Shown: positions 52,901 to 61,600 of the stretch, piece after piece | Numbering within the stretch: position 1 is the stretch's first letter | How the letters are laid out: every line of letters begins with the position of its first letter | Assembly (NCBI RefSeq): GCF_021869535.1 | Contig: NW_026262690.1 | Span: 112,220,001-112,284,000, forward strand | Reading direction: 5' to 3' | Source of the DNA: Mytilus californianus | Taxonomy: Eukaryota | Length of the DNA: 64,000 nucleotides | Position numbers and translations under genes: made by a program | Notes under the pieces: model-generated | What the model was told of the DNA's origin: nothing | The model's input: the letters and a program-made list of their open reading frames with translations, nothing else | Databases searched by the model: none

Positions 52901-55802
52901 AAACTTAATCATGTGAACTCATGGATATATTTTAGCAGTATACAATGATGTAAAACGAATATAAATATTGTCTAATATCTACGAGAAATTCCATAAAACA
53001 TGAGCACTTGCACGTTTAAAGATTTACAAATAGTTTGTTCATACGTGATTATATCCTGTACTACAATAGCATAATACAGTTGATATTGAAATATCTGATG
53101 CAAGTTTTGCTGATTCACTATGAATGGGTTACATGTAAAACTTAATCAGATTCAAATCGTTTAAGCAAACATTCTTGGTTTTTTGTAATAGTTAAAGCGA
53201 TTTCATCTTGAGTAATTTATCAAATATTTACAAATACCTGTTAAATTATACGATAAATTATTCGACGATATAATTTTTATTAATAATATGCATTTTAAAG
53301 TTTATAATCATTATATACCTTAAAATTTTTTTAAGACCTTTTAAAAATGTAATGCGGTACGACTGAAAGGTATTGAATAAGGAAAAGGCAGAAGAGATCC
53401 GAACGGATAGACAAAAGAAGAAGAAATTTGATGAAGTATGATTGCCAATGAGACAACTATCCAAAGTTCAAATAAAGTGGATGTAAGCAATTATAGGCAA
53501 CCGTACGGCCTTCAACAATGAGAAAAACCCATACCGTATGGTCGGCTATAAAAGGCCCCGACATGAAAAATATGAACCAATTCAATTGAGAAAACTAACG
53601 TCTAATTTATAACAAAACAATTAACGAAAAAAAAATATGACAGACATGAACCATCGACAACCACTAAACTACAGGCTCCAGACTTGGGACAGTCACATAA
53701 AAAGTGTGGCAGGGTTAAACATGTTTGTGAGCGCTCAACCCTCCCCTAACCTGGGACAGTAGTGTAACAGCACAACATAAGAACAAACTATAAAAAAATC
53801 AGTTGAAAAAGGCTCAACTCATCAGATCGATACAAAGCAGAAAAACATCAAACATAAACACAAACACAGACCGGACGTGGCAGGGTATTTAACCACCCCT
53901 CATCCCTAACAACAAAAAGGACACTAAGTACAGATCTGAGAGTATTCGAAGTTACTGACAGCTAGTTCAAAGCCAATAACAACTAATAAAAAAAAATCAC
54001 ATTTATCTAAGACTTTGCTTGTTTCTGAATCTTAGCTCTTTATTTCATGTTAATGTATTGTATTGATATTTGACGACTTAATCCAATAAATAGTGGTTTT
54101 ATCTTTATTTCATATTTTTCATAAGGTATAGAAACAAAGCTGAAAATCCTACAAAAACAATTCCTTATATATAGACCGCGATCATAATTACCATCGAAAG
54201 TTCATCATCCGACAGAGTATCAACATATTGGCTACTTGTTCAAAGGGTAAGTTTGAACCAGTTTGTTTATGCCCCCGCCGCTAGGCGAAGGGGGCATTAA
54301 GTGTTATCATTGACCGTCCTTCCATCCGTCCGTCCCAAAGTATTTTCACATATTATAAGCAAGTTTGAGCTGGGCCATACGTTCCTCAGACACATTCTTT
54401 TATTTTTATTTACTGTAATTGATTAACATGTGTTCCAACAATGGCTGTATATATGTCACAGACAAACAACTACGGAAATGATATCTATTCGTTTGTTGAT
54501 GCTTAACCCGAATAATTCAGTCGTTATATTCCGCTGATCTACGATTACTTCATTAACTCTGAAGTAGGAGAGATCGATTACGGGGAGGGACTGAATTATT
54601 CGGGTTAGTTGTTCAAAAATAATTAAGTGGAAAAAATGAATTACGACTGCTGATCTTAATTCAGATAATCGCTGCCCATGGTATTTTTAAACTCATTGTA
54701 ATTTGAAGCAACTGTCGTAAATGTGGTTTTCGCCAAATTACCGATAGGACAATGTAAACGACAGAAACAAAGACCATAACCTTAGATAAACAGATAGAAT
54801 TAGGTATGTATGTAAATATTTTTTTAAAAATAAATTATAAGCATCAAAAGAATTAACCCAACACCGCTAACACTGTACAGAAATAGGTATTCATATCACC
54901 AGGAAACAGCAATTTAGAATATTAAAGTCACAAATGCAGACAGCTATACAGTAACTAATGTCTCAATATTTTAACAACATATAACATAATGACTTATATA
55001 TTAACAATTGTTACAGAAATTCAGAAATAAAACTGTGGTCATATTTTTCTTTGAACATTGCAATGCACCAAAATTGAAAGAATAATCCAGTTTGGCTGGT
55101 ACCAATAATGCCTTAAATGATGCAAGAATATTTAGGATGAAGGTAACTTTGAATTAAACTGCTTTTACTGAGTGGTGGTCCTGTGTCACTGAGAATCGTG
55201 TCACATCAGTAACTGAGAAGATAGAACATTCAACACGCAAAGCTCTAGTAACTCTTATTGTATATATGGCACATGAAGACACCTGGCACATACATTACAG
55301 CTATCATGTGTCCCCCAATAAACCATCACAGATGTCTCAATAACCAAAAGCCACGCCCATTTTATCATTAAATGGGATTTAAACCGCAAATAACAGGTGT
55401 CAAACGATCTCTTTTAAACGATATATTATATGTTTTTTACTATTTAAGTAGTAATATATTTGAAGCGATTGTATTCTGGTATATATATACATATTAACCT
55501 ATTGGCTATGATAGATTCTTACTCTCGAAATTGTCTCTGCACCTGCGATAAATCTTAATTAAGACACAAAAGAATCCTATTTTACAAGAAATAAATACAT
55601 AAGGACACAGAACCTGCAAAAATATGTCTTTAACAAAATCGATTTAAGAAAACTAATACAATTATATGGTATATATATTACGAAATTATATTCCCAGCGA
55701 GTATTCTTGAAAAGTATAACAATATTACACTTACTGCTATTCCAATGTAAAAAGTTTGACAGACAACTCTATGATGCATTGTTAAGCAAAAATAATAAAA
55801 CA

Positions 55803-55867
<65 letters not shown>

Positions 55868-58757
55868 TCAAAAACGTTATTTAGTGGTAAATATATATTT
55901 TTATGCAGCATACAGCTGGTTGACCATTTTTTGAACGGCCGTAAATCGCCGTCACGTCTTTGTGCATGGGTAGAAATAGACTGACAAACCGTTGTTCTCT
56001 CAGTTTCCTTCAAACTGAAATCACACTTGAATTTCACGCTCTTTGATTCTATATAAATAATGAAGAATGGTCAACAAATATGATATTTGCTTATAGGATG
56101 GTTATATTCCTCGTGACAGAAGTTTTAAGGATCACTGAACATTTCAGACAGCCAAATGCCAATGTCATTAATGAAAAATAAAATTTGGCTAAAACATATA
56201 GTGAAAATTTTTTAATTATCTTAAAATTTCTACACCTACTGGTTTTGTTTCAATATTACGATATATAGGAGCTTTTTAATTTAAAAAACATACAGATTCT
56301 TTCACCGAAATTCATAATATAGTTATAGTTTTTTTTTTTATATTAAAGCGTTATTGCAAACAATTCGGCGATCTATGTAAGACTTATAGCGCAAACTCGA
56401 TATACAAACCGAAAAAAAAACCAAATATGTTAGGAAATGGCATTCATCTGTGTAAACACGAGCTGCTACCGTAAATTATGCTATGTTGCAAATCAACAGC
56501 AAGATAAGAGCTTGCCACAACAATACAGATAAGAAACAGTGACAGTCATATGGACAGCTTCTTGAAACAGCTACATGTATTCCTAAACCGTTGTTTTTTC
56601 CTAATTATTATGACTACCAGAATCGATAATCTAAAATTGTTTTGAAGCGAAAGGCGAAATATACCAAAGGAACATTCAAACTCATAAGTCGAAAATAAAC
56701 TGACAACGCTATGGAAAAAAAAGAGGAAAAAGACCAAAAGACAAACAAAAGTTTAAAACACAACATAGAAAAGTAAGACTGAGCAACACGAACCCCACCA
56801 AAAACCGTGGGTGATCTCATGTGTAAACAGATTCTGCTCGAAATGTGGCACCCGTGTTAACTTGTGAAGAAATCCATGTGAGTGATTTGAGAACTTGTAA
56901 TGTGTTGACTTGTGAGGGATTTACCAATTAAATTGTTTGTTGCTTAACTACCATTGCATGGCAAATATTTCATGCATGTTGAGGACGAGAACAACTTAAC
57001 ATTTAATACAATAGTTAGGTCCTGTGGTAGAGTCCGTACCGTATAAAGGTGTACAATTGAACTGCCACTGGCAAATGACGGTATTTTGGAAGGTCAGAAA
57101 TTTTGCCAACAGGCCCCCTACAGACCTCTCAAAGAGTTGTTACATGGGTTTCTAACGTGCAGGAAGCGTGGCACTCTCTCTACTCCATGCCTCCATTCTG
57201 ACCGGACGTGGCTGCGTACTTATACATCCAGTACATAACTTGTGAGGGAATCGTTATTAGTAATGTGTTAACTTGTTGAGGAACAATGTTAATAAAGTGT
57301 TGACTTTGAAGCTCAAGGTGGTATATATTTGTACTGCGTTAACTGTAGAATGTTTGGTATTTGTTAAACGATTAACCTGGGAGGTGTTAATCATAGATAA
57401 GCATGTTATATAATTACTGCAATCATCATCAGGGTGTTGAAACGAAGAAAAATGAAGCATATAACGCAATAATAACGACAGAAATTTGCACTAACTAGCA
57501 TTAAATAGCACATTTTCTTTCTCCTTAACTTCTGGAATTTTAAACTTTACATGTGTATACAGATACTGATAAAACAATCAACTTATTATGTGATTATGAT
57601 AACTCCTGACAGATAGGAACACCTCTGACAGGTGTCATGATCAGTAGCTATATAAATAGGTATTTTAGATACAAGATGTGATCCATTTGAACGTTATATA
57701 AATCATTACAGTTTATCATGAAATAAAATGATTTTATACCGGAAATCACAAACTATATTTAAATCCCAAAAGAAACAAAAACATGTTTCTTCTCTGTTTT
57801 GCGTGTTTTTTGTTTTATGTTATTGTATGCACCAGATGCTCAATCTCAAACTTTTCATGTGGGGTTCTGTGTATATAAATGAGGTCTAAAGTGGTGCTCT
57901 ATCTTGATATGAGAAAAGATACGGAAATAAAAGATAAGAACGAGAAGGCATAGCTTTTACCCGGTAAAATTTCTTATTTTATAAAATTTAAATCTTTAAG
58001 CAAAAACTCATGTTCCCATTATGAAAATATTTATAGAAGCAACAGCATTACGAATAGACCAGACATTATATTTAGTCATAAGTTACGTGTAGGTAATAAA
58101 TAACTTCATTGGGACCTTTCATTTTCGCAACTGGTAACTTTCACTCTTCTCAAAACAATATTATTTTACTCAACAGAAAACACATATTGTAGAGGTACAA
58201 TTCAAAGGGGGGAGGGTGTACAAAACGTATACAACAGCAAGTCGACCAGGATAGATGGAAGACAATCAATAAATAGATTAAAAAGATTGTAACACGATTT
58301 GCTATATTGGTATGCTAAAAGAACTTCAAACAAAATAAATTTTCTTTCTAGTTTATAGATGTAGCTCTTTTTCTAAATCGCCAGTGACTAAAATACAGAA
58401 TCCATAAAACATTTACTACGACTGTATACTATTACACAAACTTATATTACTCGCACTTGAATTCCTTATTTTTTAAAATTTAAATCTTTAAACATTACCT
58501 CGTTTCTCACTTTCATTGATGTGCACTATGTGTTATTGAATGGGATGTTTAAATTGCATATTTTACGAATAAATTATTTTTCTTCACCAACATATTAGTA
58601 TGCAATTTGTATTTGCCTGTCAATCATGTGCAGGGAGACAACATTTTATCAAATTACTTACCCTTCCTGTGGCTTGAATTTCAGCTATAGACAATTCAGC
58701 ACGGACACAATAAAATAATATAAATATCCATGACAACGTCCATATTGATAAATTCAT
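4225..58757 (-). CDS. SMOC: SPARC-related modular calcium-binding protein (SMOC/Pentagone-like), spliced CDS of 14 exons
   Basis: Manual exon assembly: 58662-58757, 36876-37047, 28217-28432, 24483-24539, 23368-23463, 20840-21091, 20646-20708, 19931-19960, 17217-17261, 12913-13152, 12084-12165, 7436-7523, 6269-6422, 4225-4301. Total 1668 nt = 555 aa + stop; all junctions GT-AG with matching phases; domain order Kazal-TY-EC-TY-EC as in invertebrate SMOCs. Confidence 0.93.
4455..4721. repeat. About 40-bp tandem array
   Basis: aacgttattgttttgaccgttccgattggtccagacgt at 4455, 4548, 4589, 4628 plus degenerate units at 4495 and 4668. Confidence 0.85.
5160..5465 (+). mobile_element. SINE-like repeat, family G (Deu/Nin-domain-like)
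   Basis: Shares gatgtataaata.gcag.cacgtccg and tatttgccactgg.cgt.a..caa..caatc tail with 62470-62856, 51655-51895 and 56930-57245; domain assignment from memory. Confidence 0.55.
5515..5735 (-). mobile_element. Hammerhead-bearing repeat, family E (retrozyme/PLE-type), decayed
   Basis: Minus strand 5551-5594: GCGTCA CTGATGA GCC tttttgta GAC GGAA CGCGCG TC TGCCA; second copy at 32715-32830. Confidence 0.65.
6269..6422 (-). CDS. SMOC: SMOC EC domain 2, third exon
   Basis: VLERKELKTLRKQIPQTKDTRRCRRNFIRYCDENKDRKVSKKEWIGCMDTS; acceptor ttatttgtag|, donor CAG|GTAAGG; 154 nt, phase 0 to 1. Confidence 0.95.
6685..7416 (+). mobile_element. Degenerate Penelope-like retroelement: RT C-terminus plus 3' tail (Naiad-like)
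   Basis: Frameshifted DVLSLNNS..CIYPIE-IKDTIDAVKSASYLDLHL..LYDK/RDNFSFPFVNFPFLTSNIPAAPAY..IRYSRACIFYHDFLHR..LLNQEF; no GIY-YIG after the RT; tail matches family D copies. Confidence 0.8.
7436..7523 (-). CDS. SMOC: SMOC EC domain 2, second exon
   Basis: (L)NVLKVGGVNTTPDGAVEWKFRKLDSNSNL; acceptor ttcctttccag|, donor CTT|GTAAGT; 88 nt, phase 2 to 0. Confidence 0.92.
7795..8122 (-). mobile_element. MetaSINE-like fragment with (ATC/GTC)n tail
   Basis: Minus strand aaattggtatttgctgcttctctgctaagcacgcggcattaaggagtaagaccaaagactg resembles the mollusc Meta-domain SINE core (recalled); tRNA head absent; (GAC)/(GAT) microsatellite at 7795-7854. Confidence 0.6.
9095..9346 (+). mobile_element. Interspersed repeat, family C
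   Basis: caggagcctctggcctttgttagtcttg ... ccccatttccattctcaattttat; matches 15530-15816 and 24590-24961. Confidence 0.85.
9732..9845 (-). mobile_element. Interspersed repeat, family A (5' part)
   Basis: Near-identical reverse complement of 48437-48545 (aagatgtggtatgagtgccaatgagacaactctccatccaagtcaaaatttataaaag). Confidence 0.85.
9992..10818. mobile_element. MITE with 15-bp perfect TIR and inverted subterminal arrays
   Basis: atatatgtaggactc (9992-10006) / gagtcctacatatat (10804-10818); cgctgaagtgcgatgg repeats on the left, ccatcgcacttcagcg repeats on the right. Confidence 0.85.
12084..12165 (-). CDS. SMOC: SMOC EC domain 2, first exon
   Basis: (G)CPFSKKRRFIANLLQYIIKQMNESNP; acceptor ttattctacag|, donor TTT|GTGAGT; 82 nt, phase 1 to 2. 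Confidence 0.92.
12238..12500. repeat. 17-bp minisatellite
   Basis: ttgtgaatagcagcttg / ttgtgaatggcagtttg repeated and decaying to the right; starts about 70 bp from the acceptor at 12166. Confidence 0.9.
12913..13152 (-). CDS. SMOC: SMOC thyroglobulin type-1 domain 2 exon
   Basis: TKSCIEEREAALIQNRQDPTGGTFIPSCTNTGLWSQAQCHNSSGYCWCVKESTGDPIRGTSALKQLPKCNEIKIEREMK; 240 nt, phase 1-1; donor AAG|GTATTT. Confidence 0.96.
14399..14575. mobile_element. Tc1/mariner-pogo-type MITE
   Basis: TA|CAGTGAAACCgGTCTAAACCGAA ... TTCGGTTTAGACaGGTTTCACTG|TA: about 23-bp TIR with TA target duplication. Confidence 0.9.
15530..15816 (+). mobile_element. Interspersed repeat, family C
   Basis: tttttgcgcctgtcccaagtcag ... 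ttccattctcaattttat. Confidence 0.85.
16327..16506. mobile_element. MITE, TGAGGGT-TIR family
   Basis: atgcatgagggtctgggtgg / ccacccataccctcatgcat; related copies near 30527-30685 and 45930-46110. Confidence 0.75.
16609..16861. mobile_element. MITE (PIF/Harbinger-like?)
   Basis: aggccaaaaaatatataattgtttcc / ggaaacataattatattttttcagcct imperfect TIRs. Confidence 0.6.
17217..17261 (-). CDS. SMOC: Linker exon (45 nt)
   Basis: Acceptor ttccctaaaatcag|, donor AAG|GTACTT; phase 1-1 reading DNARTKPRDPPQIE leading into TY2. Confidence 0.62.
17460..17615. repeat. CA-rich 20-22 bp minisatellite
   Basis: acacaaatgaataaacaagcac-type units; source of spurious ORFs 17399..17605 and 17442..17675. Confidence 0.85.
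19931..19960 (-). CDS. SMOC: Candidate linker micro-exon (30 nt)
   Basis: Acceptor tttttcccgttatttag|, donor CCA|GTAAGT; phase 1 reading (G)NRGRTRQET; TGCATG at 19995-20000 upstream. Confidence 0.5.
20646..20708 (-). CDS. SMOC: Candidate linker exon (63 nt)
   Basis: Acceptor tatattttgttcaaatag|, donor CAG|GTAATG; open in phase 1: (V)TNFNYRTRQNTITRCERCPA. No recognisable motif. Confidence 0.5.
20840..21091 (-). CDS. SMOC: SMOC EC domain 1, EF-hand pair exon
   Basis: (K)TEDSLNNSDNSREKRVAEWKFSELDRNKDNKLRRKEVRSLKKMVKKVIKPRACAKTFISYCDYDQNKRIEKGEWTSCLGVDLN; W.F..LD.N.D and C...F..YCD.D...I...EW..CL motifs; donor ACG|GTAAGT; 252 nt. Confidence 0.96.
23368..23463 (-). CDS. SMOC: SMOC EC domain 1, N-terminal helix exon
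   Basis: (A)CRKSDRAEFNKNLMQTFIKEYERAKSLTTGS; acceptor ttattttgcag|, donor GCA|GTGAGT; 96 nt, phase 1-1. Confidence 0.92.
23826..24198 (+). mobile_element. Interspersed repeat, family B
   Basis: aaataaggagatgtggtatgattgccaatgagacaactat ... ggcggggttaaacatg ... cataagaacaa. Confidence 0.85.
24483..24539 (-). CDS. SMOC: SMOC polybasic linker exon
   Basis: (G)KSRTKKSFRNKDRSRKKK; acceptor ctaattttag|, donor AAG|GTGAGT; 57 nt, phase 1-1. Confidence 0.85.
24590..24961 (+). mobile_element. Interspersed repeat, family C (longest copy)
   Basis: Includes agggggagggttgag...catgtttaaccccgcc...cctgtcccaagtcaggagcct, a segment shared in inverted form with family B. Confidence 0.88.
25950..28253. repeat. 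About 2.3-kb 33-36 bp minisatellite continuous with the TY1 exon end
   Basis: Units such as cctgtaatgaagtaccttacatgaagactttcc and gttacatgacgtactttacatgaagactttcccct; 28125-28183 is identical to 28195-28253. Confidence 0.95.
28217..28432 (-). CDS. SMOC: SMOC thyroglobulin type-1 domain 1 exon
   Basis: (G)SKSSTKCQQERTEAQKIARRPTAGIFIPECKKDGSYVDVQCHAATNYCWCVTKEGKPISGTSLQGKKPSCK; QC...CWCV...G..I.GT motif; 216 nt, phase 1-1; acceptor tactttcag|, donor AAG|GTACTT. Confidence 0.96.
29885..30215 (-). mobile_element. Hammerhead-bearing repeat, family F (retrozyme-like)
   Basis: Reverse-complement match to 43250-43460; contains the hammerhead at 29919-29960. Confidence 0.7.
29919..29960 (-). ncRNA. 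Minimal type I hammerhead ribozyme
   Basis: GCGUUC CUGAUGA AGGuaaauCCA GAAA AGCGCU UC GGACGC: stem I GCGUUC/GGACGC, core CUGAUGA and GAAA, palindromic stem III AAGCGCUU, UUC cleavage triplet; the pair closing stem II is A-A (non-canonical). Confidence 0.65.
31266..31456. repeat. 63-bp tandem triplication
   Basis: cccgaatgaaatattg at 31277, 31340 and 31403; near-identical units. Confidence 0.95.
32284..32600. mobile_element. MITE with about 40-bp imperfect TIR
   Basis: ttgggggcatatgctccccc..tcttaatttgtttc / gaaacaaattaaga..gggggaccatatgcccccaa. Confidence 0.75.
32715..32830 (+). mobile_element. Family E fragment with decayed hammerhead
   Basis: 32775-32816: GCGTCA CTGATGG GTC atttgta GAC TTAA CGCGCG TC TGGC. 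Confidence 0.6.
33147..33258. mobile_element. Short MITE (gcggatcc-TIR type)
   Basis: gtggcgaatccgggggg ... ctggatccgcctctg. Confidence 0.5.
33676..33751 (-). CDS. SMOC: Putative alternative first exon with its own signal peptide (Kazal-less isoform)
   Basis: MYFLEVMVLLFCLLTTNA-KTDKGDK then donor AGC|GTAAGT in phase 1, matching the TY1 exon acceptor; lies between the Kazal and TY1 exons. Confidence 0.6.
33817..33823 (-). promoter_or_regulatory. Possible TATA box for the alternative first exon
   Basis: TATAAGA about 66 nt upstream of the ATG at 33751; weak on its own in AT-rich DNA. Confidence 0.2.
36636..36830. mobile_element. Tc1-like MITE
   Basis: ctgtgaattcatttttattcgt / acgaaaataattaaattcacag imperfect TIRs; ends 45 bp from the Kazal exon donor. 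Confidence 0.7.
36876..37047 (-). CDS. SMOC: SMOC Kazal/follistatin-like domain exon
   Basis: VLFRALRDSDCKIKCSNKQRRPVCGSDGITYASKCDLTKAKRCEKRQVSIQKKGKCS; PVCGSDG.TY..C Kazal motif; acceptor tattttcag|, donor CAG|GTATGT; 172 nt, phase 0 to 1. Confidence 0.95.
37407..38482 (+). mobile_element. Helentron-associated non-autonomous element (HINE-like) with internal 191-192 bp satellite
   Basis: Palindrome gggttccgcggaaccc (37423-37438); tgtctcgc at 37441 and 38442; units marked by aatcc at 37548, 37739, 37931, 38122 and 38314; (GAC/GCC) microsatellite; terminal hairpin ttcgac-aaaa-gtcgaa. Confidence 0.8.
38733..39424. repeat. 28-bp minisatellite, about 24 copies
   Basis: cttatataaatttaacattatccctgat repeated. 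Confidence 0.97.
39844..40058 (-). mobile_element. Family D: 3' tail of the Penelope-like element
   Basis: Reverse-complement match to 7215-7416; further copies at 1378-1445, 44510-45095, 56648-56857 and 59990-60050. Confidence 0.8.
40155..40430 (-). mobile_element. Interspersed repeat, family B (partial)
   Basis: catgtttaatcccgcc ... cctttt atagccgac ... attgcttacatccacttca. Confidence 0.75.
43250..43460 (+). mobile_element. Family F copy with decayed hammerhead
   Basis: 43382-43423: GCGTTC CCGATGA AGGTCAATCCA GAAA AGCACT GC GGACGC (core and cleavage triplet mutated). Confidence 0.65.
43591..43652 (-). other. Candidate cassette exon B (62 nt)
   Basis: Acceptor tttgtaatag|, donor AAG|GTAAGA; open phase 1 to 0: KLCVYTGGKIGKLYKFVFGK. 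In frame only together with 44175-44217. Confidence 0.3.
44175..44217 (-). other. Candidate cassette exon A (43 nt)
   Basis: Acceptor gatttatcag|, donor ATG|GTAAGA; open phase 0 to 1: STTFSKVAGSTPSH. Confidence 0.25.
44677..45085. repeat. 20-bp minisatellite, about 20 copies, inside a family D copy
   Basis: gtgctccggaagggtaagca units; the same 20-mer region is single-copy at about 40010-40030. Confidence 0.95.
46170..46422. mobile_element. Probable non-autonomous DNA transposon fragment
   Basis: Ends in aaacgagccaaattaattttagt..tgtttggtaccacctt, resembling a common bivalve repeat end (recalled only). Confidence 0.35.
48437..48705 (+). mobile_element. Interspersed repeat, family A
   Basis: ataagaagatgtggtatgagtgccaatgagacaactc ... 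cagattcctgac; heads also at 9732-9845 (inverted) and 63852-63890. Confidence 0.85.
48864..49530. repeat. 99-100 bp tandem repeat with 3-mer higher-order structure
   Basis: Unit starts at 48864, 48958, 49058, 49157, 49256 and 49356; three variants cycle twice. Confidence 0.93.
51655..51895 (-). mobile_element. Family G SINE-like fragment
   Basis: gattgattgatt tail; gagggtatattggatagggacag...ccttgcaacaggccccc.gtagacccc shared with 56930-57245. Confidence 0.6.
52425..52580. repeat. 54-bp tandem triplication
   Basis: gattgcaagtgatataggatacat repeated three times at 54-bp spacing. Confidence 0.88.
53430..54010 (+). mobile_element. Interspersed repeat, family B (longest copy)
   Basis: Full match to 23826-24198 plus a further 3' region. 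Confidence 0.82.
54504..54607. mobile_element. 104-bp mini-MITE
   Basis: Perfect 19-bp TIR taacccgaataattcagtc / gactgaattattcgggtta. Confidence 0.8.
55804..55866. repeat. (AAT)21 microsatellite
   Basis: Direct count; source of the poly-Ile ORF 55678..56037. Confidence 0.98.
56648..56857 (-). mobile_element. Family D Penelope-like tail
   Basis: aggcgaaatataccaaaggaacattcaaactcataagtcgaaaataaactgacaacg ... gtggcacccgtg. Confidence 0.8.
56930..57245 (-). mobile_element. Family G SINE-like fragment
   Basis: ttgtttgttgcttaact...ggcaaatatttcatgcatg ... accggacgtggctgcgtacttatacatcc. Confidence 0.6.
58662..58757 (-). CDS. SMOC: SMOC first coding exon, signal peptide
   Basis: MNLSIWTLSWIFILFYCVRA-ELSIAEIQATGR; hydrophobic core with VRA cleavage motif; donor AGG|GTAAGT in phase 0, matching the Kazal exon; acceptor-like ttttcaatgtttcaag one base before the ATG. 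Confidence 0.8.
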
Positions 58758-60348
58758 CCTTGAAACATTGAAAATGAAATTATTAAATTCCGATGCATTA
58801 ATAATTATATTAATATCAGTAATAATAAAATGAAATAAATTCAAAATCACTGTAACACTTGTATGTTATATTAGTATGTACATTTCACAAGGTATATTTG
58901 ATCCGAAGGAAAGCCACTTTGATACTTCCCAAGTATTTCAGGTGGTGTTGTCTATACATAGTTTGTTACTGACTGCCTTCTCAATGATACACCTTCAGGC
59001 TATATTACCCGTGATAACAGGTGGATAATGCGTTCATTCAAAAGGTGCATTAATTGAATTTAAACCTTTCGTCAATATCCAAGTACTAACTTTAATAATG
59101 TAAACAATCAGTTATGTGTATGTTTTAACTTTTTGTATTACATAATGGTGAAAATATTCCTTGAGATATTGATAAACAATTTATTATTCGGTTAAATGTT
59201 TTGATTATACCCTGATTAGAAGTTATTTATCAAATATTGTCGATCAATTATTCTATAGCTATATTACCCTGTAGATAAACCGTCGATGCTATCTCTACGC
59301 TTCATAAAAATATAATGATAGAGATCGTCTTAAATCAAAATTATTACTTTCGTTATGAATAACAAGCAATGAATAAAATTCATATATAGGTAAAATGCTA
59401 CTGCTGGTAAGTTTCAACGAGGCAACAATACAACAACGTAAAGAAAATCATAAAAAGACATTTAGAAATCATCATTCGAATTACAACAATTTACCAAAAC
59501 CAACACGGTATGACACGCCTTAGGTAGCCCCTAGTCTATACATAATGTTAACAAAATCAGAAAAAGGATGAAAATACCAACAGGGCAATCTAAAACCACG
59601 AATCGAATAATACAGACAATACCAATACCAAAAGAAAAATAATAAATTAATAAATAATATTGAATGAGCATATGTGGTACAATTGCCACTGAGACCTCTC
59701 CGCCAGAGAACAAACATGACATAAATGTTAGCAATTATAGGTCACTGTGAGATCTTCAGCAATTAGCAAAACCAACATCGTATAGCAAGCTTTTAAAAGG
59801 CTCCGAGATGAAAAATGTAACACACTTAATATAGGAAAACTAATTATACTGATTATATCATAAACCATAAACGAAAAGAAAATAATATACAGCAACAAAC
59901 GAAAACCATCGAATTACATGCTTTTAACTTGGGACATCGATCCATCCATCTTACATAAAAAATAAATACTGGGCAACATGAACCGCACAAACAAACAGGG
60001 CAGAAATCAGATACCCCGGAAGGGTAAGCAATTCCTTTCTTCACTAGGGACAGCAAAAACAATCACATATCTGAAACCGACACCCACATATCTAGATCTG
60101 TATATAAAACCATTAAGACGCAGTGAAAATCACTGACAAGTTTCATGATTTTGAATCGTTGAGAAACACGTATAAAAAACGTAACGATTTTATTATATCG
60201 AAATACTTCATTAAAATAGTTATTTTTGATAATAAGAAAAATTACATCTCCACTGCAAACATGCTCATAACATACCAGCTTAGAAACATATACAATTTAA
60301 CTACGAAAAAACCCAACAGATGACCACCATCAAGGGAAAGGAGAGATT

Positions 60349-60616
60349 TAGGCACCGACCATTCATCTTTCGTGGGAAGGGGGCATGTTTTTTTTTTTCA
60401 ATTTAAATGTTTGATTTTAAATTTCTTGGACAAAAGTAATTCGTTTTAAAATAGAAGCTAAAAGATTTTTTTTTGTTTTTGTTGGAAAATAGTAAAAAAT
60501 AAATAAAAAAAATAATTCATGTGAACAACCTTGATTTTATTGAAGTTCACAAACACTTTTTTGTCCGTAGAAAAAAAAACCATGACCACCCAAAAAGATG
60601 AATGGTGTGTTCCTTA
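60349..60616. mobile_element. MITE (PIF/Harbinger-like?)
   Basis: taggcaccgaccattcatcttt / aaagatgaatggtgtgttcctta. Confidence 0.6.
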
Positions 60617-61399
60617 ATAGAAAAAGAAAAGTCATTTCGTTTTCAGACAGGATACACGGAGTATACAATATTTATTTTTTAGAAAATTTAGTTACCATTC
60701 TCTAAGCATAAGTGTCCTCCTTTTTTAAATAAACAAAAATAATCAAATATACATAAATATATCCTTTCTTTTTCTATTATAAATATATATTCCCCAAAAC
60801 TAATCGAGTCCACCATTTAATACGAGACAAAAAGTATGTTAGAATTCCATAAAAGCAAAAGCAAATAGAGCTGAGAGAAAGAATATCATATAGATAAGTA
60901 CAATATTAAGGAAAATGAAACAGAATCACCATGCATAGACTTATTGCTTTAACCCTCTTCCATGCAAACTGGTCCGAGGACACAGTTATAGTTCTTAGTG
61001 TGGTCAGCGTATAACTTGCACATTTTTTTCATAGAGGAAAATTACTACGTTATATCTATTCTCATACCTTTGGGACTACTTACAGTGAAAATGCTTTATT
61101 TCTTAATTCATCGGAAATCAAGAGGCAAAGAAAGAAGTGCAGATTGAATTGAACTATGACAAACATATGAACAAAGTATTTGCACTTGACAAAAACCTTT
61201 CACCTTATTCCTTTAACATTATCTTAATCAGTTTATTGATTATAGACATTATAACCTTATAATAAAAGCGACTTCCGGGCTTCTTGATGTCAACTGCTTG
61301 CTTTTCAAATCGGGTGAAATCCTATACTCTGTATTACTAGTAAATAATTCCAGCCTCGCACTTATATGATTGGAAAGTTGTATAATAAAAGAGGATAGG

Positions 61400-61600
61400 A
61401 ATGCCCTTTATTGTCAAGCGTCAAACGCCCGTTTTTGGTTACCGATAGCGTCAAATGAGCCTCAATTTTTTATCGTCATTCATCAAAACTCAATTTGTAG
61501 CTACCGTTGGCGTTATATGGAGTAAATGTTTATCGTTAACGTTATTTCATCAAATATTTTACTGTCATTCGTCTAGTGGGGTACCCCATTCCTACCCTCA
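61400..61600. mobile_element. MITE
   Basis: gaggataggaatg / cattcctaccctc termini. Confidence 0.55.

Noticed and set aside
53790-53830. CUGAUGA plus hairpin GUUGA/UCAAC in family B (minus) as a hammerhead
   Set aside because: Followed by UGAU rather than GAAA, with no stem III or NUH triplet.
55523-55542. 20-nt micro-exon candidate (cgcag| ... |gtaaga)
   Set aside because: Frameshifts alone and in the combinations tested with the 43- and 62-nt candidates.
61260-61390. CCAAT + TATAAG + CCGGAAGT cluster as the SMOC promoter
   Set aside because: Atypical spacing and order, adjacent to a MITE, and no unambiguous donor; motifs are expected by chance.
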